From Candidatus Nealsonbacteria bacterium CG23_combo_of_CG06-09_8_20_14_all_40_13 (GTDB lineage Bacteria; Patescibacteriota; UBA1384; UBA12157_A; GCA-002773005), in the NCBI GenBank assembly GCA_002771215.1, contig PCRM01000039.1, forward strand, positions 1 through 37,309: DNA of 37,309 bases, read 5' to 3'. A program made the position numbers and the translations under genes. Each line of letters begins with the position of its first letter. The first letter of the stretch is position 1. Of the stretch, positions 20,078 to 30,151 are shown in pieces. The notes below the pieces were generated by a model. The model ran no database searches. It was given only the letters and a program-made list of their open reading frames with translations, and was not told the DNA's origin.

Positions 20078-20970
20078 TAAATTCTCTTTCCAAAGCGGCC
20101 AAGCAGACCGTCGCGAATGCCAAGATAAGCGCCGGCAACGCGCGGCCATTTGTCTTTTCTTGGCTTTAATATAGCACCAAAAAGATTGTGAAAGAAATTT
20201 TTACCGATTAAATTGGGTAAAAATATTAACCATTGCCACCAACGGCCGTGTTTTTTCATAAATAAAATTTTGTTGCGGCTGTCAAAATAAAGGTGGCGAA
20301 AAGTGCGCACGCCGAAACTGCCGCCGGCCTTGTGAAAGACGATGGCCTTAGGCACGTACAAAATTTTAAAGCCATACTTGAGAAACCGCCAGGATAAATC
20401 GGTGTCTTCGTTGTAAGCAAAAAATTTCTCGTCAAACAAGCCGACTTTTTTTAGACAATCAGCTTTGAGCATCATGGCCGCGCCGGTGGCAAAATTAACC
20501 TCTCGAGAACTTTGTGAATCATCGCTTTTAACGTTGTGAATTGAGCCGCCGAGGATAAAAGAGATTTTGCCACCGGCGTACCAGAGGTTTTTGCCATCGG
20601 GGAAGAATATTTTGGGCACAGCGATGCCGGCTGAAAGATTTTTTTCTAAAGTTTCCTTTAAAATGCCTATCGTTGATTTGGCCACTTGGGTGTCATTATT
20701 TAAAACAAAAATGTAGTCAGCCCCCTTTGCCAAAGCATATTTAATGCCTACATTGTTGCCGGCGGCAAAACCTAAATTGCTTTTGTTTTGTAAAAAATGA
20801 AAATTATTATTTTGGGAAAATTGCTTTTGCAGTTTTAAAGCAGAACCTTCTGTTGAAGCGTTGTCAACCAAAACCACTTGAGAATTGCTCTCTTGCAATA
20901 AGCTTCGCAAACATTTTTGGGTATCTTGAAAATTATTCCAGGATAAAACAACGGTAAAAATTTTAGCCAT
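20077..20970 (-). CDS. Glycosyltransferase family 2
   Basis: VVLSWNN......C..SL, VVLVDNASTEGS, FVLNNDT (DxD-like), GAAMML; 297 aa. Confidence 0.85.
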   Translation of the reverse strand: MAKIFTVVLSWNNFQDTQKCLRSLLQESNSQVVLVDNASTEGSALKLQKQFSQNNNFHFLQNKSNLGFAAGNNVGIKYALAKGADYIFVLNNDTQVAKSTIGILKETLEKNLSAGIAVPKIFFPDGKNLWYAGGKISFILGGSIHNVKSDDSQSSREVNFATGAAMMLKADCLKKVGLFDEKFFAYNEDTDLSWRFLKYGFKILYVPKAIVFHKAGGSFGVRTFRHLYFDSRNKILFMKKHGRWWQWLIFLPNLIGKNFFHNLFGAILKPRKDKWPRVAGAYLGIRDGLLGRFGKRI

Positions 20971-22111
20971 TTTTCGCTAGCCCTTCAAAAACTTTCAAAG
21001 TTTCTTGAGCGGTTTTAGCCCAAGAAAATTTTTTAGCTTGATATAGCCCCTTTTGCGCAAGTGAGGTCTGTAATTGTTTGTTGCCAATTGTCTCAGTGAT
21101 GGTTTTGGCCCAAACGGCAATATCTTCGGGCGGCAAAAGAATGCCGGCCTGGCCAACCACTTCGGGTAAAGAAGAAGTATTGGAGCAAATAACCGGCACA
21201 CCGGCCGCCATTGCTTCCAGCGGCGGCAGGCCAAAACCCTCATATAGCGACGGAAAGACAAAAATTTCTGCCAAGTTATAAATTACAGGTAAATCTTTAT
21301 CGTCAACATAGTCAAGAAAAATAACTTCATTTTTTAACTTAGCGGCGGCCTCAAAAATTCCTTGATAATTCCAACCTTTTTGGCCGGCGACGACAAGATG
21401 ATAGTCCTTTTGCAATTTTGCCGGCAGTTGCAAAAAGGTCTTAAACAACATTGGTAAATTTTTGCGCGGCGACAGTGTCCCGACAGTCAAAATAAATTTT
21501 GCCGGCAAGTTGTATTTTTGAGAAATTTGCCGGCGCAATTTTTCATCTTTAATTGGCCGGAAATGAGCATCTGCGGCCAAGTGGGTCACCACAATTTTCT
21601 GTTTAGGTACGTTTAAAATCTTGATTAAATCTTTTTTGGTATGCTCGCTGATGACGATGATTTTGGCCGCTTTTTGGCAGGCGCTTTTGGTTTTCGCCCT
21701 GGCAAAAGCGCTTTGTTTGCCCCCTAAATGCGAAGGAAATTTAAAATAGGTCAAATCATAAATTGTTAAAACCTGCGGCTTTTTGCCCGCCCGTCCTAAA
21801 TCAATAAAAGTCGGCGTAAAAATTACATCTTGTTTACCGCAAAATAAATCTGGAAAAGGCATAATTTTTTGATTCAAAAGAAATTCTTTCAGCCGGCCGG
21901 GCATTTTGATAATTTTAGTTTGCCAATTTAAAGCTTTGAATTGTTCAATTTTTCTCTTTTTTGTCCCATCTGGATCTTTGGCAAAAATAAAATACAGCAA
22001 ATATTGATTTTTATGGTCAATTTTGGCCAGATTTTGAATTAAATTGTTTAAATATTTTGCGATGCCGGCTTTTTCGTTAACTGTTCGCGAAGCGTCAATG
22101 GCAATTTTCAT
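20963..22111 (-). CDS. Glycosyltransferase family 4
   Basis: [22 protein letters not shown]; 382 aa; overlaps both neighbours. Confidence 0.85.
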   Translation of the reverse strand: MKIAIDASRTVNEKAGIAKYLNNLIQNLAKIDHKNQYLLYFIFAKDPDGTKKRKIEQFKALNWQTKIIKMPGRLKEFLLNQKIMPFPDLFCGKQDVIFTPTFIDLGRAGKKPQVLTIYDLTYFKFPSHLGGKQSAFARAKTKSACQKAAKIIVISEHTKKDLIKILNVPKQKIVVTHLAADAHFRPIKDEKLRRQISQKYNLPAKFILTVGTLSPRKNLPMLFKTFLQLPAKLQKDYHLVVAGQKGWNYQGIFEAAAKLKNEVIFLDYVDDKDLPVIYNLAEIFVFPSLYEGFGLPPLEAMAAGVPVICSNTSSLPEVVGQAGILLPPEDIAVWAKTITETIGNKQLQTSLAQKGLYQAKKFSWAKTAQETLKVFEGLAKNG

Positions 22112-23190
22112 TTTGCACCCTGATAAATCTTTTCATAAATTGAAATTGTTTTTAAAGCCGTCTTTTGCCAGGAAAATTTCCGCGCCTGCTGCAGCCCTTT
22201 TTGACGATAAAAAGAAGCGATATTTTCTTTACTTAAAATTTCGCCAATAGCTTTAATCCACAAACTAGCGTCATTAAGCGGCAAAAGGATGCCGCCCTCG
22301 CCAATGACCTCGGGCATTGATGAAGTATCGGAAGAAACAACCGGGCAGCCACAAGCCATCGCTTCTAAAGGCGGCAGGCCAAAACCCTCATACAACGAGG
22401 GAAAAACAAAAACGCTGGCTCCCGCGTATAAATAAGGCAGGTCTTCGTCCTGAACGTAGCCGGTAAAAATAACTTTTTGGTCCAAATTTAATTTTTGAAC
22501 TAAATTAAACAAACCCTTATAATACCAGCCTTTTTTGCCGGTGATGACCAAATGAAAGTTGGGATTTGAACTCACAACTTTGGAAAAAACCTTCACTAAA
22601 AATTCTAAATTTTTGCGGGGTTCTAAGGTGCCCACGTGCAGCAGATACGGCTGGGTAATTTTGTAACGACGAAGGGCTTTTTCAATATCTTTCTTTTCAT
22701 GGTTAGGATGAAATTTTTCCGACACGGCCAAATAGACAACTTCAATTTTATCCTCTGGTATTTTTAATATACCCATCAAATCTTTTTTAGTATTAACGCT
22801 GTCGGCAATAATCATATCCGCTTTGCGGTAGGAATAGGGCATCCATTTGGAAAAAAATAAACGCGAGGCGAGGGGTAAGTTTCGCGGGAAAAAAACTGCA
22901 ATTAAATCATGGCAAGTCACCACTTTTTTGCCTGAATAAAAAACCGGCGTGGAAAAACAAGGTTGATGTAAAAGGTCAACTTTGGCCTTTTTGGCTAGGC
23001 GTGGCATTTGAAATTGATCCCAGACAAAACGGCGAGGCGTTGAGAGGTCGGCAATATCTTTAGGTTTTAGCAAAATATATTCGTTTTTTGGGTCATATTT
23101 TTTAAGATTTGAAACTAAATTTTCAACATAAAAACCAAACCCTGTTTTTTGCCCTGCGGTAGTTTGTATATCAATGGCGATGCGCATCAC
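22108..23190 (-). CDS. Glycosyltransferase family 4
   Basis: [22 protein letters not shown]; 360 aa. Confidence 0.85.
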   Translation of the reverse strand: MMRIAIDIQTTAGQKTGFGFYVENLVSNLKKYDPKNEYILLKPKDIADLSTPRRFVWDQFQMPRLAKKAKVDLLHQPCFSTPVFYSGKKVVTCHDLIAVFFPRNLPLASRLFFSKWMPYSYRKADMIIADSVNTKKDLMGILKIPEDKIEVVYLAVSEKFHPNHEKKDIEKALRRYKITQPYLLHVGTLEPRKNLEFLVKVFSKVVSSNPNFHLVITGKKGWYYKGLFNLVQKLNLDQKVIFTGYVQDEDLPYLYAGASVFVFPSLYEGFGLPPLEAMACGCPVVSSDTSSMPEVIGEGGILLPLNDASLWIKAIGEILSKENIASFYRQKGLQQARKFSWQKTALKTISIYEKIYQGAK

Positions 23191-24650
23191 GCTCCTTTCG
23201 CTATTGATATAATTAATTCTTTAGAAATACCGCGGATTAAATACAAAGTTGTAAAATAAATAATTACAGCAGCCAAAAGCAAAACAAAAAGATTTAAAGA
23301 GGAAAAAAAGTATAAAAAAATGCCCATCACTGCAGAAGCGACAATAACCTTACCTAAAATTTTGATTTGCGGGGAAATTTTAATTAAGCTAAGAGCAACT
23401 TTGGCAGATAAAGTAGTAATTAAAATTTGGGTGGCGACGGAAACGATGGCAGCCGCCAAATAGCTGTAGTGAGGAATTAAAAATAAGTTAAGCCCAATGT
23501 TAAAAACGACGCAAACCACATTGGGCCAAATTAAATATCGCTGTTTGCCCATCGCGATAATTAAATAGCCGAACAGAGAAGAGATAAAGGAGATGCCTAC
23601 CGCGAAAAGCAAAATTTGCAAAGTTGAAGAGGTGGTAATTGTCTGGCCTAAAAATGAGATTTTAGAAGCTGCAGCAAAGTTTGAGCCAACCACGAAATTC
23701 ATAATTTTTTTAGCCAATAATACGCCAGCCACCACCAGCGGTAATGAAGTAATTACCATAAAATCAAATGATTTTTGAAAAGCCGATGGGAAACGTTCGT
23801 CGCCTTTAGCCGCATAATTAGACAGCACTGGAAAAGCGGCGCCCATAAACATTGAGGGTAGAGCCACTAAAATTTCTAAGATTTTGAAAGGCGCGCCGTA
23901 AATGCCGACATCGTCACTTGACTTGAAAACGGACAAAATAACAGAATCCATTTTAAAATAAATCATACCCAACACAATCAAAACGCCCATGGGCCAGGCA
24001 GCTGTAAAAATACTTTTCCAAATTTTTAAATCAAAAGCCGGACGAATTTTAACAAACTGTCTGGACAAAGTAAACGACACTATTAAGTTGATGAAACTGC
24101 CCAAGGAGTAACCGGCCAAAATAGCAATTAGACCGGCTTTAATGTGAATCAAATATAAAACCGAAGCCATAATTACCAGCCGACCAATAATGTCGGTTAA
24201 CACTGCCTTGTCAACGCGTAAATTCGCCTGAAAAACGCCAACTAAGGTTTGGTTTAAGGTTAGCCAGAGCATATTGGTGGCCGCAATGCCAATGCTGAAT
24301 TTGACCATCAGTGGGTAGGGGAAAACAAAACTGGTTAAAAAAGCCAATAGATAAATGCCGAGCGCCATGCAGGTTCTTAAAGTAAAAACATTGGACACTA
24401 CCTTGACCACTTCATTCTGCGGCCGGCCGGTAGTCATCTCCCGCATCACCACCCAAAAAAAACCAAAATCAGCCAAAGTCGAGAAAAATGCCACAAAGGC
24501 AAATGCTATGGTGTATTGACCATAGCCGGAAATTCCTAAATAACGGGTTAAATAGCCGATAATTACCAAAGAAATCAAAGTCGTAGTGATCTTGCCGACC
24601 GCTTGAATACTGGTATTAAACGCAACTTTTCTAGTCATCGAAACAGCCAT
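23187..24650 (-). CDS. Polysaccharide flippase (Wzx / MOP superfamily)
   Basis: 487 aa, about 12-14 TM helices, N-terminus typical of polysaccharide-biosynthesis (Wzx) proteins. Lies among the GT genes. Confidence 0.75.
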   Translation of the reverse strand: MAVSMTRKVAFNTSIQAVGKITTTLISLVIIGYLTRYLGISGYGQYTIAFAFVAFFSTLADFGFFWVVMREMTTGRPQNEVVKVVSNVFTLRTCMALGIYLLAFLTSFVFPYPLMVKFSIGIAATNMLWLTLNQTLVGVFQANLRVDKAVLTDIIGRLVIMASVLYLIHIKAGLIAILAGYSLGSFINLIVSFTLSRQFVKIRPAFDLKIWKSIFTAAWPMGVLIVLGMIYFKMDSVILSVFKSSDDVGIYGAPFKILEILVALPSMFMGAAFPVLSNYAAKGDERFPSAFQKSFDFMVITSLPLVVAGVLLAKKIMNFVVGSNFAAASKISFLGQTITTSSTLQILLFAVGISFISSLFGYLIIAMGKQRYLIWPNVVCVVFNIGLNLFLIPHYSYLAAAIVSVATQILITTLSAKVALSLIKISPQIKILGKVIVASAVMGIFLYFFSSLNLFVLLLAAVIIYFTTLYLIRGISKELIISIAKGA

Positions 24651-24659
24651 TTTTAATCC

Positions 24660-25904
24660 TTAAAGTTTGGCTAATATTTTATAAAAATAGTATTTTGCCG
24701 CCAGCCAAAAAGGTCTTTTTTTATCTTGCGCTCGTTTTGGATAACGGCAAAATTCTAAAAGTGGTTTGGCCACATTTGGCCAATAAAATCTTGATTTTAT
24801 TTTTACAATATTTTTTTGACAGCTATTGTAAAACTTTTTATCTTGCAAAAGTTTTAAGATAGCGGTCGCCATTGCTCTGGCCTTTTCAAAATCAACGCTC
24901 AAGCCAATTTTTTCAGCTTCTACAAGGTTGGCGAAATAATCGCCTTTCGTTGTGACAATCGGTAGTTCCGCTTTTAAATAATCCAAATCTCTGGTGCGAA
25001 AAGCGTATTTTGTTTCTAAATTGTCAAAGTGGGCACAGATTCCCAAATAGGCGTTTTGGAAATAATTATCTCTTTCCTCATAAGCAATCCAGCCGGGTAA
25101 AAAATAGACAAAACGGTTGTAAAGTTGTAGCTTTTCGGCGAAAGTAATTGCTTTCTCTATCATATCCATCTTGGGTAGGGCGGGATTGGGATGTGTGCTA
25201 CTTAAGAAAATCAGTTTGGCATCTTTTCTCTGTTTGATGACTTCTGCCATGGCTTTAATTGGCGTGATGGGGTCAAGCCAGTCATAAATTCCGCCGCCCC
25301 ACAAAATGATTTTATCATTTTTGCCGATGCCTTTGATTTTATGGTAAATATTTTGCTTATTGTCTTTAATATTTTTTTGCAGACCGAAAGGAACGACACT
25401 GATTAAGTTTTGACCTCGCCCCATTTTGTCTAAATACATTTGCCACCAATCTCGCTGAATGTGACTGGCGCAAAGAAAGTAATCGCCGCTGGCCAACATG
25501 AGCTGCAGCTGGCTGGCAATTTGCGCAAGTTTGATTTTTCTTGTTAAAAGCGGAGTGTTTTTTAATCTTTCTTGCTGTTCAAAGATGATTGGGTCGTACA
25601 AATCAAAGATTAATATTTTGTGGTTGATTAAAGCGCTTTTGATCAATTTCAAAGATAAAATTGAAGCGACAACAATATCTGATTGCAAAATTTCTTTTTC
25701 TTGGTTGACGGCCGTCTTGCAACTAACCAGCTTGATCCCTTTGAGCTGAAAATTATCCTCCATTATAGGTGATGTTAGGGTAACTTGATAACCAGCACAA
25801 GCGGTTTCTTGCGCAAGATTTAAATAGCGAATACCTACTCCAGAAATTTTTCTGCCTAAAACATCATGACAGATAAATAAAATTTTATCGGCTTTATTTG
25901 CCAT
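24660..25904 (-). CDS. Glycosyltransferase (GT-B fold, GT4-like, divergent)
   Basis: ATG 25904 (MANKADKILFICHD) is preferred to TTG 25937. Two-Rossmann-like architecture; weak motif support. Confidence 0.55.
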   Translation of the reverse strand: MANKADKILFICHDVLGRKISGVGIRYLNLAQETACAGYQVTLTSPIMEDNFQLKGIKLVSCKTAVNQEKEILQSDIVVASILSLKLIKSALINHKILIFDLYDPIIFEQQERLKNTPLLTRKIKLAQIASQLQLMLASGDYFLCASHIQRDWWQMYLDKMGRGQNLISVVPFGLQKNIKDNKQNIYHKIKGIGKNDKIILWGGGIYDWLDPITPIKAMAEVIKQRKDAKLIFLSSTHPNPALPKMDMIEKAITFAEKLQLYNRFVYFLPGWIAYEERDNYFQNAYLGICAHFDNLETKYAFRTRDLDYLKAELPIVTTKGDYFANLVEAEKIGLSVDFEKARAMATAILKLLQDKKFYNSCQKNIVKIKSRFYWPNVAKPLLEFCRYPKRAQDKKRPFWLAAKYYFYKILAKL

Positions 25905-25957
25905 AACTGAAATCTCGTCTTCTAATCTTAGCACCAAATTGTAATTGCTTCAATAGA

Positions 25958-27505
25958 TTATTGAGCTGGCTTGTAAATTTTAACTTTTGGGAAACCAGAG
26001 ACACTTTGAAATTTATGATAATCAATCTCTGGCAGATTATCCCATGGCAAATCGGGATAAGGAATTTCAATTTCCTGGAAACTCTCTGGAATTTGTATCT
26101 CTGGCCAGTATTTTCTTTTAATAATCCAATCGGCGGTATAAGGACTGTGAGTCAGCTTAAAAACTGGGCTTTGCGGATTGGCAACTCTGTTGATAATCTT
26201 GGCGTCAGTGTAGAAAATAATTGATTCCTGCTCATAATTGGTTTCTAAAGTATCACCGGGCTGAATATTCTTCCTTAAAAATTTAACAATGCCGGATATT
26301 GGACCGATATAATTGTGGTTAATTTCATAAAGATAATCCTTTAGATATGATTGGGCGGCAATGGTTTTCTGTTTGCCGCCGGCACTTTTCAAAATCGGAT
26401 TTAAAATTCCCAGCCAGCCCAAGGAAAAAATATTGGTAAAAATGAAAACTATGGCCACCAAAAAGGCGATTGCCGGGCTTTTTTGCCACAGCCATGACAA
26501 AATTAAAGCAAAAATCGTGGCAAATAAAGGCACAACATAAGTGATGTAGCGAAGCGATAAATAAGCGTCAGAACGGGCCAAAATAAAAGACATAAAAATC
26601 CAGCTGACTAAAATTGGAAAAATTAGCAGTGAAACCTTCCTTTTTAATTTGCCCTTTCGTTTTTTATCCGGCCAGATAAAAAATAACAGCGGCAGCAATA
26701 TTAGCGGAAAAATATAATGAAATTGATTAAGGTACAAATAAATATTGCCTGCAACCATTTTCAAAGTCGGCTGCGCGTGCAAGCCGTTGTAGAAAAAGTA
26801 AAGCCAGGGCACGGTAAAAATTAGAAAAAATAAAGCGGCTATTATTAATTTTTTTAATCTTTCTTTGGAAAAATCATAAAGCAAAAAGAATAAGATTAAA
26901 CTCAAAAACAAGGCACCGGCGGCATAAAAATTACTGTGAAAAAGTAAGATAGAAAATAAAGCCAGAGCAAAGATTCCTTTTTTTTCTTTAATAATTTTAT
27001 CATAAAAATAGAGCACCAACAGGCCAAAAAGCGCGGCTAAAATGTAATATCGGCCCTGACGCGAGTAGAGCAAAAAAGGAACGGAAAGTGAAAGTAACAG
27101 CGAGGATAAAAGCGCCAAGCTTGAGTTTTGAAAAAGTCGTTTAACTAGTAGGTATAAGACAAAAATTGATAACACAGCGGCAAGAGCAAAAGGCAGACGG
27201 GCAGTGAAATTGTTGACACCAAAAATTTTAAAAGAACCGGCGGTAAGATAATCCTGCAACCAAGGGTGCCAGGCCCAAAAATAGGCATTGCCAATTTGCA
27301 CGGTTTCGCTGCCGTTTTGCTGGGTGATTAAATTTTTACCATCCCAGGGCGAAGGATAGCCGTATTTTAAAATATTTCTAGCAATTACAGCCGTCTCTGC
27401 CTCATCATTCCAAAGCATTTGCTGCCCTAAATTTTTAAAGATTAAAAAACTGGCAATGGCCAAAATTACAATTAAAATTAGAATCTCAATTTTGTTTTTC
27501 TTCAT
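25958..27505 (-). CDS. GT-C family glycosyltransferase (ArnT/PMT-like, polyprenyl-phosphate sugar dependent)
   Basis: 515 aa. N-terminal 11-13 TM helices with an early extracytoplasmic-loop DE motif (WNDEAET), then a soluble C-terminal domain. Confidence 0.7.
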   Translation of the reverse strand: MKKNKIEILILIVILAIASFLIFKNLGQQMLWNDEAETAVIARNILKYGYPSPWDGKNLITQQNGSETVQIGNAYFWAWHPWLQDYLTAGSFKIFGVNNFTARLPFALAAVLSIFVLYLLVKRLFQNSSLALLSSLLLSLSVPFLLYSRQGRYYILAALFGLLVLYFYDKIIKEKKGIFALALFSILLFHSNFYAAGALFLSLILFFLLYDFSKERLKKLIIAALFFLIFTVPWLYFFYNGLHAQPTLKMVAGNIYLYLNQFHYIFPLILLPLLFFIWPDKKRKGKLKRKVSLLIFPILVSWIFMSFILARSDAYLSLRYITYVVPLFATIFALILSWLWQKSPAIAFLVAIVFIFTNIFSLGWLGILNPILKSAGGKQKTIAAQSYLKDYLYEINHNYIGPISGIVKFLRKNIQPGDTLETNYEQESIIFYTDAKIINRVANPQSPVFKLTHSPYTADWIIKRKYWPEIQIPESFQEIEIPYPDLPWDNLPEIDYHKFQSVSGFPKVKIYKPAQ

Positions 27506-28937
27506 GATATTCTAAATCGGCGTTGATTTGTTCAAGATCGTAAATTCTTTTACCCAAAATGATATTTTTCGCCGCCCACAGTCCTCCTAAAATTGAGTGA
27601 TCCATATTATTATATTTATAGGTTCCATAGCGGCCTACAAGCTGGAGGTTTTCAAATCGCGAAAGATATTCTTGAATGATTTTCAACGGCTTTTGGTAGC
27701 CGATTTTATAAACCGGGTAGGCCTTACTTGTTCTGACGACGAAAGCATCAACTACATCTTCTATTGTAATAAAATTCATAACTTCTGTCAGGTCTTTCAT
27801 CACCAATTTAATTAATTGGCTATCGTTTTTGCGCCAAACTTCATCATTTTCCTGGCACCACAATTCACAAACAAGCGAGCTTTGATTTTGATTTGCCACC
27901 ATATATTTACTCCAATTTTTGGGCTCATGCAGTCGGCCCAACCCTGCGGCCGAGTCGTGGATATAGACCCAAGTATCGGATGTAATTTGCGGCCGGTCAA
28001 TAATAATATGAACTGTGATTAGCGCGCGATAGGTCAATTTTTTTGAGGCATCAATTATTGCTTGCGGCGCGGCAGAAGTGAGAATTCGTATCAATTGGGT
28101 GAGAGGGATAGAGGAAATAAACTGGTCTGCGGCAATTTCGCGCGTCTTTATTGCGCCGCCTGTTTTTTCTTCAACTATTACACTTATAATCTTGCCATTT
28201 TTATGATTTACCTGTTTGACGGTCGTCATTAAAGCAATCTGGTTATTATGCTTTTTGATTTCTTCCGCTAATCTTTCGCAAATTCTACCAATCCCAAATT
28301 TTGGATATAAAAATTTATCAATTAAAGTTTTGGGCTTGCTTTTGGCTGGTATTAGCGCATTTCTGATGGCGCTGCTTAAAGATAATCCTTTGATTCTTTG
28401 GGCTGCCCACTGTGCGCCAATTTGCCGACAGGGAATGCCCCAAAGTTTTTCCGTGTAAGTTTTAAAAAAATAGCTGTATAAAACATAACCGAAATTAGCA
28501 ATAGTCCAATCTTCAAAAGTTTTCAGCGGTTTAGGATTGAGGCGATATTTAATTCTGACCAAAAGATATGACAAGACTACTTTGGTGCTTTTCCAAAAAC
28601 CCAAACCTTTCAGGACATTGCTAATTTTTATCGGATAGTCAAAATATCTGCCGTCAAAAAAAATTCGTGAGGTGCGATAGACCTCTATTAGCTGTCTACC
28701 CAGAAGTTTTTTAACAAGTTTGTCGAGTTCGTCAATTTTAGTAAACCAACGATGACCGCCTAAATCAAAACGAAAACCATTTTTCACAATGGTTTTAGAA
28801 ATGCCGCCGACTTGATTTTGGGCTTCAAAAACTTTAACTTTGATATCATTTTTAGACAATTGATAAGCCGCCGACAAACCAGCGGGACCTGCCCCCATCA
28901 CCACAACATTTTTACATGGTTTGTTTTTCATCTTCAA
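27486..28937 (-). CDS. FAD/NAD(P)-binding oxidoreductase (amine-oxidase / UDP-galactopyranose-mutase-like fold)
   Basis: VVVMGAGPAGLSAAYQL....V.VFEA....GG dinucleotide-binding motif; 483 aa. Confidence 0.75.
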   Translation of the reverse strand: MKMKNKPCKNVVVMGAGPAGLSAAYQLSKNDIKVKVFEAQNQVGGISKTIVKNGFRFDLGGHRWFTKIDELDKLVKKLLGRQLIEVYRTSRIFFDGRYFDYPIKISNVLKGLGFWKSTKVVLSYLLVRIKYRLNPKPLKTFEDWTIANFGYVLYSYFFKTYTEKLWGIPCRQIGAQWAAQRIKGLSLSSAIRNALIPAKSKPKTLIDKFLYPKFGIGRICERLAEEIKKHNNQIALMTTVKQVNHKNGKIISVIVEEKTGGAIKTREIAADQFISSIPLTQLIRILTSAAPQAIIDASKKLTYRALITVHIIIDRPQITSDTWVYIHDSAAGLGRLHEPKNWSKYMVANQNQSSLVCELWCQENDEVWRKNDSQLIKLVMKDLTEVMNFITIEDVVDAFVVRTSKAYPVYKIGYQKPLKIIQEYLSRFENLQLVGRYGTYKYNNMDHSILGGLWAAKNIILGKRIYDLEQINADLEYHEEKQN

Positions 28938-29293
28938 CTTCTAAAAACGAAATAGACGCCTGCAATAATTAGAACAACGCCTGCTATCCTTACCGGTGAG
29001 ATAGTTTCATGTAAAAAGGCCCAAGACAAAAATAAAATTAAAATATAGCCCAAAGAGAGCAAGGGATAAGCGATAGATAAATCAACTTTGGACAAAATCA
29101 TCACCCAAAGGACAGACGACAAAACATAAAGAAACAAGCCAAGCAAAATCATTGGCGCGGTAAAGGCCTTGTATAAAAAAGTGGCAATTGGCATATTACT
29201 GTAAGAACCAATGTGGTTAATCGCTTGTTTTATCAGAAATTGACCAGCAACACCCAAGGGAATGTTGATTAAAATTAGTAAAAGACTAGACAT
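28934..29293 (-). CDS. Small 4-TM EamA/SMR-like membrane protein (ArnE/ArnF-like flippase-subunit candidate)
   Basis: 119 aa with four hydrophobic helices. Overlaps the oxidoreductase and rfbD genes and lies next to the GT-C gene. Confidence 0.55.
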   Translation of the reverse strand: MSSLLLILINIPLGVAGQFLIKQAINHIGSYSNMPIATFLYKAFTAPMILLGLFLYVLSSVLWVMILSKVDLSIAYPLLSLGYILILFLSWAFLHETISPVRIAGVVLIIAGVYFVFRS

Positions 29294-30137
29294 TGTTCTC
29301 CTTCATATAATCCTTTAAAGCGCTTTGCCAAGAACGTGGTTTTATTTTAAACGTTTTTTGAAATTTATGCGTATTTAAAACAGTATAATTTGGCCGAGGC
29401 GCGCCGCCGGGCTTAATTTTAGACCATTGCTGAGTTGTTATCGGGATAATTTTGACGTTATTTTTATTTTTTAATTTTAAAATCTTTTGGGCAAACTGGA
29501 ACCAAGAACAAGAACCTGAATTTGTAAAATGATAAAGTCCATATTTTTGTGTCAAAATAAGCTTGGATAGACCCCTGGCTAAATCCAAAGTGTAAGTTGG
29601 GCTACCAAACTGATCGGAAACTACATTAATCTCTTTTTTGGTTTTTGTTAAATTTAAAATGGTTTTGGGAAAATTCTTGCCTTCGCCGTAAAGCCAGGCA
29701 GTGCGGACAATGAAAAATTTTTTCAATATTTTTTGCACTTGCCTTTCGCCGGCTAATTTTGATTGGCCATAGATACCCAAAGGATTGGTTTTGCCTGCCT
29801 CAGAATAAGGCGTTTTCTTTCTGCCGTCGAAGACGTAATCAGTAGAAATATAAACCATCGCCGCGCTAATTTTTTTGGCTGCTGCCGCCACATTGGCCGC
29901 GCCGCCGCGGTTAACTTTGAAAGCCAATTTTTGATTCAACTCTGAACCATCAACATCGGTGTAGGCAGCGCAGTGAATAATAACTTGAGGGGAAATTTTT
30001 AAAATTTTTTTTAAAACCTCTTTTTTATCGGTAATATCCATCTGTTCTTTGTCAACAAAAAAAGAATCCTTTTCTGGTAAAACTTTTTTTAAAGCCCGGC
30101 CTAATTGTCCATTGCCGCCGGTAACTAATACTCGCAT
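29286..30137 (-). CDS. rfbD: dTDP-4-dehydrorhamnose reductase
   Basis: MRVLVTGGNGQLG, STDYVFDG, YGQSKLAGE (YxxxK). ATG 30137 with an AAGGAG SD is preferred to TTG 30155. Confidence 0.85.
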   Translation of the reverse strand: MRVLVTGGNGQLGRALKKVLPEKDSFFVDKEQMDITDKKEVLKKILKISPQVIIHCAAYTDVDGSELNQKLAFKVNRGGAANVAAAAKKISAAMVYISTDYVFDGRKKTPYSEAGKTNPLGIYGQSKLAGERQVQKILKKFFIVRTAWLYGEGKNFPKTILNLTKTKKEINVVSDQFGSPTYTLDLARGLSKLILTQKYGLYHFTNSGSCSWFQFAQKILKLKNKNNVKIIPITTQQWSKIKPGGAPRPNYTVLNTHKFQKTFKIKPRSWQSALKDYMKENNV

Positions 30138-30151
30138 TTTTAAACTCCTTT

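Noticed and set aside
20078-20149. N-terminal extension (MAARCRRLSWHSRRSAWPLWKENL) of the second Wzy-like gene
   Set aside because: It lies wholly inside the GT2 gene's 3' end. ATG 20077 gives a TAATG-coupled start directly at the first TM helix.
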